Under the pieces are notes generated by a model. The model made no database searches. It saw nothing but the letters and a program-made list of their open reading frames with translations, and was not told the origin of the DNA. Made by a program: the position numbers and the translations under genes. DNA of 37,408 nucleotides from Pseudomonadota bacterium. Its GTDB lineage: Bacteria; Pseudomonadota; Gammaproteobacteria; Pseudomonadales; Azotimanducaceae. Location: contig JAACDS010000160.1 of NCBI GenBank assembly GCA_009936895.1, forward strand, positions 1 through 37,408, written 5' to 3'. Positions 1 to 8,594 of the stretch are shown piece by piece; positions within the stretch are counted from its first letter, which is position 1; each line of letters begins with the position of its first letter.

Positions 1-1151
1 AACAACGTATCGAAATCCCGACCCTCATTGCTGCCTCGGCAGCTTTGTATGCAGCGGGCTAAAATCGGCAACCCCTCGCTGATTTGGTTCAGCGTGAGGT
101 GGCCGAAGGCCAGTCTCAGATAAGGGACGTGATCTCGCTGATAGTGAAAGCTCTGGCCCGGCAGAAAATTCACGCCCTGCTCTAGTGCCATGGGCCGGAG
201 CGCCTTGGTGTCTACATCATCGGGTAAGCGTACCCAAATGAACAGCCCGCCTACTGGCTCTGACCACACGCAGATATCGCCCAGCTCGGTTTCCAGACCC
301 TGTAGGGTGAGGTCGCGTTTTGCCTTGAGCACTGGGTTTGTTGCCATGGCATGTTTTTGAATACCGTCCTGATAGAATTCCGCGGCGATGGCTGCGGCGA
401 GGTAGTTACTGCCCGCGTCGTGCCGACGTCCGAGAATCTTCTCCAGCATGGGCGGGCGGGCGTAGATATAGCCTAACCTCAATCCCGGCGCCAAAATTTT
501 GGACAGCGAGCACAGATAGATTTGATTCGGGTCGTCATCCAAGGCGTAGAACGCGGGTTCCAGCGGCCCGTCGTAGTGCACGTCTGCGTAGCAGTTATCT
601 TCCACAATGGGCACGCCATAGTGTTTGGCCATTTCGATAATCTGCAGTCGGCGCGCTCGAGGCATCACGAAGCCGGTCGGATTTTGATAGGTGGAGATGG
701 TGTAAATGAATTTGGGCAGACGTTTTTCTTTGTTGAGTCGATCCAGCTCGCGCTCCACCGCGTCGGGACACATACCGCCCTCGTCCAGCGGAATGCCGAC
801 CATGTCGTATTTCAGCGAGCGATAGGCACTCAATGTGCCTGGATAGCAGTACTCTTCCACCAGTACCGTGTCACCATGATTTTCCTGCAGCGCCTCAGCG
901 GTAAGGGTCACCCCCTGCATGGAGCCGTTGGTCAGCAGCAAGTGATTGGGGTCGATACTGATGCCCTCGCGGTCTTCTTCCCGCTGTGCCATGGCCGCAC
1001 GCATACCCGCATGGCCTAAGTCACCAGGATACTGAGTCAACGCCTCGGCCTGCTCCTCGATGACCTTGCTCGCAGCCGCTTGCAGTGCTGCGACGGGGAA
1101 TGTTTCCGGGTCCGATCGACCGCTGCCGAAGTCGTATTTGATTTTTGTCAT
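1..1151 (-). CDS. PLP-dependent aminotransferase, class I/II (3' end runs off the window)
   Basis: Not in the ORF track because no stop falls inside the window. Manual translation from ATG at 1151 gives MTKIKYDFGSGRSDPETFP...TNGSMQG...YQNPTG...IVEDNCY...SLSKILAPGLRLG (PLP lysine motif)...GGLFIW...YLRLAFG, open to base 1. GGGAGGG RBS-like sequence upstream. Confidence 0.9.
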   Translation of the reverse strand, partial: MTKIKYDFGSGRSDPETFPVAALQAAASKVIEEQAEALTQYPGDLGHAGMRAAMAQREEDREGISIDPNHLLLTNGSMQGVTLTAEALQENHGDTVLVEEYCYPGTLSAYRSLKYDMVGIPLDEGGMCPDAVERELDRLNKEKRLPKFIYTISTYQNPTGFVMPRARRLQIIEMAKHYGVPIVEDNCYADVHYDGPLEPAFYALDDDPNQIYLCSLSKILAPGLRLGYIYARPPMLEKILGRRHDAGSNYLAAAIAAEFYQDGIQKHAMATNPVLKAKRDLTLQGLETELGDICVWSEPVGGLFIWVRLPDDVDTKALRPMALEQGVNFLPGQSFHYQRDHVPYLRLAFGHLTLNQISEGLPILARCIQSCRGSNEGRDFDTL

Positions 1152-1325
1152 GGTGTTTCCCTCCCTAATGTTCGGCCTCAGCAGTGGGCAGTGGCGAACG
1201 GTTTCCTCACCACCCACCATAGCGGATTCGATGGCATGCGTAACACGTTTTGATGGGAAGAAAATTCGGGTTAGCGTGCTCGAGAGAGAACGAGGTCGAT
1301 CATCCTGCGGCTTTTCCCGTAGCTG

Positions 1326-1350
1326 GCCATAACTCGGTCTGGGTTATGGC
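1326..1350. terminator. Stem-loop downstream of fbiC (possible terminator or mRNA 3' stabiliser)
   Basis: GCCATAACTC-GGTCT-GGGTTATGGC inverted repeat about 30 nt after the fbiC stop. No clear U-tract on the minus strand. Confidence 0.4.
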
Positions 1351-1382
1351 TGGCATTAGGGGGTCTTTTCATTCGAACTCAA

Positions 1383-3866
1383 CTACCCTCCCGACTGGTC
1401 TGCAAGTTTTTTACGCGCCGGTGCCGGATTTCGGATCAACTGAGATGCCGGGGGTTTGCGTTCGTATTTTTCCGCAGGCGTGTTGATGATTTCCAGTAGC
1501 TCGCCTTGGGCCTGTCCCGCCTTGATGCGTTCATCGCTTACCTTGCCGTAGGCCGTAGAGCGCTGCTGCGGATCACGGTTCAAGCGGCGTACTAAGTTCG
1601 CCATTTGGCGCGGGTTGGTTTCTTGGCCGTGTTGGGTGCCGGCCGCGCGACTGATGGATTCGTTCATCAGAGTGCCGCCTAAATCATTGCAGCCTGCGTT
1701 TAAGCACGCCTTCACGCCTTCATGGCCCATTTTCACCCAGCTGGCTTGAATGTTGCTGATTTGTCCGTGCAGTGCCAGCCGTGCAACAGAGTGCATTAAC
1801 ACCGCCTCGCGGAATGTCGGCCCTTTGCGAGCTTTGCCCTTGAGGTACATGGGCGCTTCCATATGCACGAAGGGCAGGGGAACAAATTCGGTGAATCCGC
1901 CAGTGCGCTCCTGCAGTGCCCGCACCCGCATGATGTGGCGGGCCCAGTGTTGGAGTTTCTCAACATGGCCATACATGATGGTCGCCGTGGTCTTGAAGCC
2001 GATGCCGTGGGCCGCCTCCATAACCTGCAGCCATTGCTCGGTATTGATCTTATCGGCGCAGATGATCTCTCTGACGTCATCGTCTAATATTTCTGCCGCG
2101 GTACCGGGCAGGGTGTTCAGACCTACGTCCTTGAGTTGCTGCAAATATTCGCCCACCTCAAGGTCCAAGGTGGCGGCACCTTGCCAAACTTCCAGCGGTG
2201 AGAACGCGTGGACATGCATGTTGGGCTCTGCGGCCTTAACCGTGCGCACGATGTTGATGTAGGTCTCGCCTGTGTATTCCGGGTGGATACCACCTTGCAT
2301 GCAGACTTCTGTTGCACCACGCTCCCAGGCTTCTTGAGTGCGTCGAGTGAGTTCTTCATCGGATAAATCGTAGGGCCTGCCACGCAGGTTTTCCGACAGT
2401 TTGCCCTTTGAAAACGCGCAGAACTGGCATTTGAAGTAACAAATGTTGGTGTAGTTGATGTTCCGGTTGACGACAAAGCTGACACTGTTGCCGTTGGTCT
2501 TTGCTCGCAGGGCATCCGCACATTGAACCACTGCGGTAAAATCATCACCCCTGCTTTGAAAGAGGCGAACAATGTCGGATTCAGCCAGTGCGTCGCCGGT
2601 TTTGGCTTTGTCTAGAATGGTCAGAATGTCTTGGCTGACATGCTTGGGTGAATTCACAATGGCGTTCATGACCTCTGATGGCGGGGCGATTTCAACATCA
2701 CCCGGGCACCAATCGTCGGTACGCGGAAAGCCTTCAGCATCGATCATCTCCAGCACGCGGACATGCAGGTCTGGATGCGCCCATCGATCCAAGTCCGTGG
2801 CGTAGTCGGGATAAATGGTCAGTCGCTCGGTTAGGTATTTGCCTGCAGAGGCGGTTTCTCTCACTAAGTCGTCTAAGTGCGGCCATGGGGCTTCGGGATT
2901 CACAAAGTCAGGAGTGACCGGTGACACCCCGCCCCAGTCGTTGATGCCTGCATGCACAATTTGCGGCAGTACACCCGGACTCAAATTCGGCGGAGCCTGC
3001 ACGCTCATGCTCGGGCCAAAAATCAGCCGAGCCATGGCGATGGTCCAAAGCAGCTCATTCAGGTCTGGCTCAGGTGCGTTGACCATTTTTGTTTCGGCTT
3101 TGGCGCGGAAGTTTTGGACGATGATTTCCTGCACATGACCGTACTGTTCGTGGATCTCACGAATGGCCAGCAGGCTTTCAATGCGCTCGAGTCGGGTTTC
3201 CCCGATGCCGATTAAAATGCCTGTCGTGAAGGGCACGGCGGCGATGCCAGCATTGGCTAGCGTTTGCAGTCGTACAGCAGGAATTTTGTCCGGCGAGCCG
3301 TAGTGCGGCATGCCTTTTTCGCACAGCCGTTCCGATGCGGACTCCAGCATGATGCCCATGGAAGGCGAAACGGTTTTCAGTCTGGCCAGCTCTTCTGGCT
3401 CCAGATTGCCTGGGTTCAAATGAGGCAGCATTCCGGTTTCTTCAAATACGGCTTTTGCTGCAGCAAACAGATAGTCGGTAGTGGACTCATAGCCCATTTC
3501 TGCCAGTGCATCCCGAGCGGCCTTGTACCGCAGTTCGGGTTTTTCACCCAAGGTGAAGAGCGCTTCCTTGCAGCCCATTGACGCGCCGTGGCGTGCGACT
3601 TCCAGCACTTCTTCGATGCTCATGTACGGCGCCATAACCTTGCGCGGTACCTGAGCGAAGGTGCAGTAGTGACAAACATCCCGACACAGGTGGGTCAGAG
3701 GAATAAAGACCTTGCGCGAATAGGTCACCGTGTTGCGAAAGCCTTGATCGCGGAGAACGGAAGCTACATCGGCCAGTGCCCGGGTATTCGTGAAATCGGC
3801 AAGGGCCAAGGCGTCGGAATCCGCCAGCCGTTCGCCAGCCAATACGTTTTGTAGCGCAGCATTCAT
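1383..3866 (-). CDS. fbiC: FO synthase, fused CofG-CofH (7,8-didemethyl-8-hydroxy-5-deazariboflavin synthase)
   Basis: 827 aa with two radical-SAM CxxxCxxC motifs (CRDVCHYC, CYFKCQFC), plus TYSRKVFIPLT, GINDWGGVSPVTPDFVNPE, NRNINYTN and NDLGGTLMNESISRAAG signatures. ATGA overlap with cofC. Confidence 0.97.
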   Translation of the reverse strand: MNAALQNVLAGERLADSDALALADFTNTRALADVASVLRDQGFRNTVTYSRKVFIPLTHLCRDVCHYCTFAQVPRKVMAPYMSIEEVLEVARHGASMGCKEALFTLGEKPELRYKAARDALAEMGYESTTDYLFAAAKAVFEETGMLPHLNPGNLEPEELARLKTVSPSMGIMLESASERLCEKGMPHYGSPDKIPAVRLQTLANAGIAAVPFTTGILIGIGETRLERIESLLAIREIHEQYGHVQEIIVQNFRAKAETKMVNAPEPDLNELLWTIAMARLIFGPSMSVQAPPNLSPGVLPQIVHAGINDWGGVSPVTPDFVNPEAPWPHLDDLVRETASAGKYLTERLTIYPDYATDLDRWAHPDLHVRVLEMIDAEGFPRTDDWCPGDVEIAPPSEVMNAIVNSPKHVSQDILTILDKAKTGDALAESDIVRLFQSRGDDFTAVVQCADALRAKTNGNSVSFVVNRNINYTNICYFKCQFCAFSKGKLSENLRGRPYDLSDEELTRRTQEAWERGATEVCMQGGIHPEYTGETYINIVRTVKAAEPNMHVHAFSPLEVWQGAATLDLEVGEYLQQLKDVGLNTLPGTAAEILDDDVREIICADKINTEQWLQVMEAAHGIGFKTTATIMYGHVEKLQHWARHIMRVRALQERTGGFTEFVPLPFVHMEAPMYLKGKARKGPTFREAVLMHSVARLALHGQISNIQASWVKMGHEGVKACLNAGCNDLGGTLMNESISRAAGTQHGQETNPRQMANLVRRLNRDPQQRSTAYGKVSDERIKAGQAQGELLEIINTPAEKYERKPPASQLIRNPAPARKKLADQSGG

Positions 3867-4540
3867 GACTGTTTCTCCGGTTGATTCTGTCTTGTCGTCA
3901 AGCGATCGACGATGCCGGAACGATTGAGATAGCTAGCGGTTTGGCTGCGCGGTTGATTGGCGAGCAACGTTTGCAGGTCGCTAGGGGTGTCGATATCCAA
4001 GGCAAAACAGCTGCCGGGAATAATGCGCGGCGTAATGTTGCGAGCAAACGCGGCATCCGCATGAGGCTTGAAGCTTTTGCCGTCAAAAATAAAGGGCACG
4101 ATCTTCGGCGGGCTGCAGATCATGCCGTTGGTGCCGACGTTTTCAGCGTCGGGCAGCAGGGTCACAGACGTATTTGCTGCAATCAGTTCGTCTACCTGCT
4201 CAGTCGTGATGCCGGGAACATCAGCGGGCACGATAAAAACGCCTTGTGCGTCAAAGTGCTTGATCAGATAGTCCGTCGCTTGGGTTAGGGCGCCGGCAAG
4301 ATTGGTGTGGGGACTCTCGGCGAAACGTTCTGTGGAGAAAGCGGAAGCGAGCACGTCGGCTTCAGCAGCGCGAGACACAATCAAGATGCCGTCAAGATTT
4401 TTGGCTTTAGACAAACAGGTCAGGACGTCGCGGGCCATGGCCAGCATCAGCGATCGTCGTTCCTCCTCGTTTAAGACGTTAGCCAGTCGTTGTTTCGCTC
4501 GCTCGAACGTCTTGATGGGAACAATCGCCCACATTGGCAT
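3863..4540 (-). CDS. cofC: 2-phospho-L-lactate/PEP guanylyltransferase (CofC/FbiD)
   Basis: WAIVPIK...AKQRL N-terminus, PADVP, GTN and LDIDTPSDL motifs. Lies within the F420 cluster. AGGAG RBS; start at 4540 or 4534. Confidence 0.93.
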   Translation of the reverse strand: MPMWAIVPIKTFERAKQRLANVLNEEERRSLMLAMARDVLTCLSKAKNLDGILIVSRAAEADVLASAFSTERFAESPHTNLAGALTQATDYLIKHFDAQGVFIVPADVPGITTEQVDELIAANTSVTLLPDAENVGTNGMICSPPKIVPFIFDGKSFKPHADAAFARNITPRIIPGSCFALDIDTPSDLQTLLANQPRSQTASYLNRSGIVDRLTTRQNQPEKQS

Positions 4541-4638
4541 CTCCTATTTGTTAATCGGACGCTAGCGACCCCTATTCGCACTCCTTTAATTTGTGCAACT
4601 GAGTTGTCGTAAACGTTTGTCTGTCTCGAACGTCTTGA
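4502..4638. repeat. 14-bp exact direct repeat CTCGAACGTCTTGA (4502-4515 and 4625-4638)
   Basis: Read directly from the sequence. One copy is in the 5' end of cofC and one is in the upstream intergenic region. Confidence 0.7.
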
Positions 4639-4664
4639 ACCGAACGGCCGTTGACCGGCGGTTA

Positions 4665-4683
4665 GTTACAAAACGTTACAAAC
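4665..4683. promoter_or_regulatory. Tandem GTTACAAA direct repeat, possible regulator binding site upstream of cofC-fbiC
   Basis: GTTACAAAAC-GTTACAAAC with 10-bp periodicity in the 277-bp cofD-cofC gap. Confidence 0.35.
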
Positions 4684-4817
4684 CTATCATGCCCAGATCG
4701 GTGGCGATAGCGGGGATTTTGGCGGGTCTAGCTAGGGTTATCTTCGGTTCCATCTTGACGACGAGGTTCTTGTGTCGACTGCGGGGGCGGGCAAGAGCGC
4801 GTTTGAGGGATTTGGCG

Positions 4818-5765
4818 TTATGTCGTTAGCTCCTCAAAAAACGCCAAGCACCGCTCGGCCAGTGCAATTCGGTCTTCTAGGCTTTTCATCACAGACTGGA
4901 TCGCGACTGAAGGCAGGGCGATTGCGTCGAGACTTTCGCCGTCGGATACATCGATGACAAAACCATCGAGCAGGCCGGGATAGTGGTACTGGTAGTGTTC
5001 GGCAACGGCAACGGCGGTGGCAGGAATGTTCAGTTCTTGCATCATCTTTGCCGCTGGTCCTTTGATGGCAGCGCCGGCGACGATCGGCGATACCGCGATG
5101 GTTGGGATGTGAGCTGTGGCCTCAAGAAATCCAGGTACTTCAATCACCGGTGCGACTGAAACAAAGGGGTTTGATGGGCAGATGATGATGCCGTCGCAAT
5201 CTGCCAGCCATGCAGTGATAACGGGGTTTAAGGTAGCGTTTTGCATGCCGTCAAAATAAAAGCCGCTCACAGCCGGTGCGCACCGCTCACGCACAAAATA
5301 GTGCTGAAACGCTAGTTCGCCGCGATCGCTTTGCACGACGGTGCGAATGGGGTCATCGCTGACAGGCGCAACGGTGTGTTCGATACCCATGCGCCGGGTA
5401 AGTTCCGCTGTGGCGTCGGTCAGCGATGTGCCTTGGCCCAGCAGTTGGCTGCGGCGTGTGTGCAAGGCCATATCTTTATCGCCTAGCCGGAACCAATCCT
5501 CGCCGCCGAGGCTGCCTAAGGTGTCGATGAATTGCCAGGTCTCTCCGGAGCGTCCCCAGCCCAGTTCTTGATTGTTCTCTTCCGCCAGCGCGTAGGTCAG
5601 GCTGTCGATGTCCGGGCTGATGTGTAGGCCAAGGTGAGTGAAGTCATCACCCACGTTGACAGCGAACATTAGCTGCTCGGAATTCAGAATTTTGGACAAG
5701 CCCAATGCGAGCTTGGCACCGCCAACACCGCCGGTAATCGCCAGTATTTTTTGCGGCCTTGGCAT
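4818..5765 (-). CDS. cofD: 2-phospho-L-lactate transferase (CofD/FbiA)
   Basis: GGVGGAKL, NVGDDF..LGLHISPDIDS, WFRLGDKD, FQHYFVR, PSNPFVS and KGPAAKMM motifs. 1-nt overlap with the cofE stop. Confidence 0.96.
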   Translation of the reverse strand: MPRPQKILAITGGVGGAKLALGLSKILNSEQLMFAVNVGDDFTHLGLHISPDIDSLTYALAEENNQELGWGRSGETWQFIDTLGSLGGEDWFRLGDKDMALHTRRSQLLGQGTSLTDATAELTRRMGIEHTVAPVSDDPIRTVVQSDRGELAFQHYFVRERCAPAVSGFYFDGMQNATLNPVITAWLADCDGIIICPSNPFVSVAPVIEVPGFLEATAHIPTIAVSPIVAGAAIKGPAAKMMQELNIPATAVAVAEHYQYHYPGLLDGFVIDVSDGESLDAIALPSVAIQSVMKSLEDRIALAERCLAFFEELTT

Positions 5766-6562
5766 TAGCGGAACATGTCCTCGTCGAGCGGGCGGTTGAT
5801 CAGCTGCGCGTTTTGTCTTGGATCATCACTCAGCGTTTGCTCAGGCGGTAAACCCCGCAAAATCACCACAGGCAACTTTTCAGTGGTCTCACCCATCATC
5901 AGCGTAGCGGTGCCCGCCAAGGCATCAGCACGACTGATTAACGTGGCTTGCAGGGTGCGGCCGTAAATGTCTTCGCCGCCTCTGGAATCGTCTAGCACAG
6001 TGATGCCAGCGCAGCCGATCGCGCTGCCAATGGTGCCCATTCGCCAAGCGCGATTGTGGGAATCGGTGATGACCACGCCCAAATCGGTGTTATAGCGTTT
6101 TTGTAAACCGTCGCGCAGGGCGGCGGCAGATGCGTCTGGGTCTTTCGGTAATAACAGAGCCATTTCGCCTTCACTGTGGTCGACGTTGGACTGGTCGATT
6201 CCCGCATGGGCACCAACAAAGCCGAGTTTGTGTCGAACCACCAAGACGTTGGGTTTGTGACGCATCACTTCACTGGACTCGTTCAGAATGAGCTGCACCA
6301 TGCGTGGGTCTTTGTTGGTCGCCGTCGCCAATTCTTTAGCTTGTTCCGTGGGTTCTACATCGCTGAGCGATACCAGACAGCCTTCGGCCTTGGAGATGAT
6401 TTTTTGCGCAACGCAAACCACATCGCCATGTTCCAGCGTCAATCCGCTGTGCTCTAGTGCGTCCACAATGGCGACGACCAGGTCGTCACCGTGTTCGATC
6501 ATGCCGATGCCGGGCAGACCGATCACGCGAAAGTGAGGCGCTTCGGTCTGTTCGGTATCCAT
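5765..6562 (-). CDS. cofE: Coenzyme F420-0:L-glutamate ligase (stand-alone CofE, no nitroreductase domain)
   Basis: QKIISKAEG, AGIDQSN, LLPKDPDASA, VITDS..RAWRMG and C-terminal DMFR motifs. Confidence 0.95.
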   Translation of the reverse strand: MDTEQTEAPHFRVIGLPGIGMIEHGDDLVVAIVDALEHSGLTLEHGDVVCVAQKIISKAEGCLVSLSDVEPTEQAKELATATNKDPRMVQLILNESSEVMRHKPNVLVVRHKLGFVGAHAGIDQSNVDHSEGEMALLLPKDPDASAAALRDGLQKRYNTDLGVVITDSHNRAWRMGTIGSAIGCAGITVLDDSRGGEDIYGRTLQATLISRADALAGTATLMMGETTEKLPVVILRGLPPEQTLSDDPRQNAQLINRPLDEDMFR

Positions 6563-7230
6563 CGTGCTAAGTGTTCCTGACCGATGATCTTAATACCGGA
6601 GTGCGAGACGATACCGCTGCGGTTGATCTGAATCAGAATGGAGGTCAGCGCTTCAGCGGCGGCAGCGTTAGCAATCGGGCCAGCGTGCCAGCCGTTCATG
6701 CCAGCTTCGCCGATCATCTCGATGATGCGTGCGCGGGCTTCTTTGCTGTTGCCGGCGACCAGCACATCGCATTCGATTTGCACGTCTTGCTGCAGCAAGT
6801 GGGCTGCGATGTTTTGGAAGGCGCTGACGACGTGTACGTCTTCACCCAGGAAGTCTTGGGCGCGCTTACCCGCGCTGCCTTCTTCTGGCATTTGTACCGT
6901 GCCGACCTTGGGTGGCACCAAGGGCACCGTGACGTCGATCAGAATTTTACCCTTGAGGTCGTCTTTGACGGCATCTAGCGTTGAGATCTGGTGCGCGGCA
7001 GGTACCGTCAACACGACGATATCACCGGCTTTGGCGGCAGCCCCGTTCTCCATCGCTTCGGCAGGCGTATCGGGGCTTAGTGCCTTCAGTGCGGCAACGG
7101 CCTCATCAGCCTTTTCTTGGGTGCGTGAGCCAATAACGATTTTGTAGCCAGCTTTCGACCAGCGAATGGCCAAACCGGTACCAAGATCTCCAGTGCCGCC
7201 CAAAATAGCGACGGTTTCTTTTGTTGACAT
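6523..7230 (-). CDS. npdG: F420H2:NADP+ oxidoreductase (Fno/NpdG)
   Basis: ILGGTGDLG.GLA.RW, IGSR, DVTVPL, VVSAFQNIAA and EALTSILIQIN motifs. Start placed at MSTKET (7230). The 3' end overlaps cofE by 40 nt. Confidence 0.93.
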   Translation of the reverse strand: MSTKETVAILGGTGDLGTGLAIRWSKAGYKIVIGSRTQEKADEAVAALKALSPDTPAEAMENGAAAKAGDIVVLTVPAAHQISTLDAVKDDLKGKILIDVTVPLVPPKVGTVQMPEEGSAGKRAQDFLGEDVHVVSAFQNIAAHLLQQDVQIECDVLVAGNSKEARARIIEMIGEAGMNGWHAGPIANAAAAEALTSILIQINRSGIVSHSGIKIIGQEHLARWIPNRPKRLTFA

Positions 7231-7388
7231 GAATTGTCCAAATTTCTGAATGAGGGCGCGAAGTATGCCCGCAAGGATGTGCAAAAAAAATGAAAGCCGC
7301 GACCGCTGCAGAACAGCTAGCTCGGTTGCGTCGTTGTTCTATTTGGGTGAGCCTTCGGGGCTGATTCATACTATGGGGGAACTAAACG

Positions 7389-8291
7389 ATGCGTATTGGA
7401 GCGATGATCGGAGCGGACGGCACCAAGGAGTCCATTGACGACGTGGTACGGCTGGGCATGGAGATTGAGGCGGCGGGTCTGGACCATGTCTGGATCGCGA
7501 ATATTTTCTCCTACGATGCGATTACCACCTTGGCCCTGATCGGTCGCGAGACCTCCCGGGTTCGGTTGGGCACCGCGGTGACCCCAACCTACCCGCGTCA
7601 TCCGGGTGCGCTTGCTCAACAGGCGCTGACCACGGCTGCTGCCAGCAATAACCGATTTACCCTCGGCATCGGCCTGTCCCATCAGGTGGTGATCGAAAAC
7701 ATGTTCGGTATGAGCTATGACAAGCCAGCCAAACACATGCGTGAGTATTTGAATGTCTTGATGCCACTGTTGCGCGGTGAAACTGCAAGCTATCAGGGCG
7801 AACAATACAATGTGCAGGGCCTGACCTTGGATATTCCCGGCGCGACGGATCTGCCCGTGGTTGTGGCGGCCCTAGGCCCGGCGATGATCAAATTGACAGC
7901 CGAGTTGGCGGACGGCACCAATACATGGATGGTGGGGCCAAAGACAATGGAAGAGCACATTATCCCGAGCTTTCATGCTGCAGGCCGGCAAGATCCCGCA
8001 ATTGTTGCTGGCATGCCCATCGTGCTCACTACCAATATTGATCAGGCGAAGGAAAAAATTGCCCAAGACCTCACGGTGTACGGCCAGCTACCCAGCTATC
8101 GGGCCATGCTTGATCGAGAAGGCGCGGCAGGTCCGGCGGATATCGCCATCGTTGGAGACGAAAATCAGCTGCGCGGCCAGATCAAACGGTTTCAAGATTT
8201 GGGTGTTACCGACTTCAATGCGGCCATTATGGACACCGAAGACGGTGCTTATGCGCGGACGCTGGAGTTCCTCGGAAGCATCAATGGCTAG
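7389..8291 (+). CDS. LLM class F420-dependent oxidoreductase (MSMEG_4879-like)
   Basis: LGTAVTPTYPRHP, RFTLGIGLSH, VAALGP and YGQLPSYRAMLDREG motifs. Divergent from the F420 operon. Confidence 0.88.
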   Translation: MRIGAMIGADGTKESIDDVVRLGMEIEAAGLDHVWIANIFSYDAITTLALIGRETSRVRLGTAVTPTYPRHPGALAQQALTTAAASNNRFTLGIGLSHQVVIENMFGMSYDKPAKHMREYLNVLMPLLRGETASYQGEQYNVQGLTLDIPGATDLPVVVAALGPAMIKLTAELADGTNTWMVGPKTMEEHIIPSFHAAGRQDPAIVAGMPIVLTTNIDQAKEKIAQDLTVYGQLPSYRAMLDREGAAGPADIAIVGDENQLRGQIKRFQDLGVTDFNAAIMDTEDGAYARTLEFLGSING

Positions 8292-8303
8292 GTGCGTTGA
8301 GGT

Positions 8304-8558
8304 CTAATAATGAGGTGGTGGCGGTTCCACTTGGTTGGGATCTGCGCCGTCCTCATCACCTGCGGCTGCCTGTAGCCTGTCCATCAGACGTTTGAGCTGT
8401 TTGTCCTGGGCAAACAGCTTGCCTTGTAGCTGCACCATTTCATCGCTGAGCTTTTGAATGGTCTCGTCTTGAAATTCCAGTCGCGACTCCAATTCGCTGA
8501 TGCGTTCATCTTGGCGTATGAGTTCTTCTTTGCTGGTACATGTAGGTGCCTGATCCAT
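8304..8558 (-). CDS. slyX: SlyX family protein
   Basis: RISELESRLEFQDETIQKL and C-terminal EPPPPHY. Confidence 0.9.
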   Translation of the reverse strand: MDQAPTCTSKEELIRQDERISELESRLEFQDETIQKLSDEMVQLQGKLFAQDKQLKRLMDRLQAAAGDEDGADPNQVEPPPPHY

Positions 8559-8594
8559 GGGGGATTTATTTCCTTGTTGTCGAGATGCGCGAGG

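Noticed and set aside
338-1486. Plus-strand ORFs 338-640, 522-1019, 1060-1332 and 1250-1486
   Set aside because: Mostly antisense shadows of the minus-strand aminotransferase and fbiC ends, with no recognisable motifs.
4593-4957. Short plus-strand ORFs in the cofD-cofC gap
   Set aside because: Weak starts, no RBS or motif, and overlap with cofD; the gap looks regulatory.
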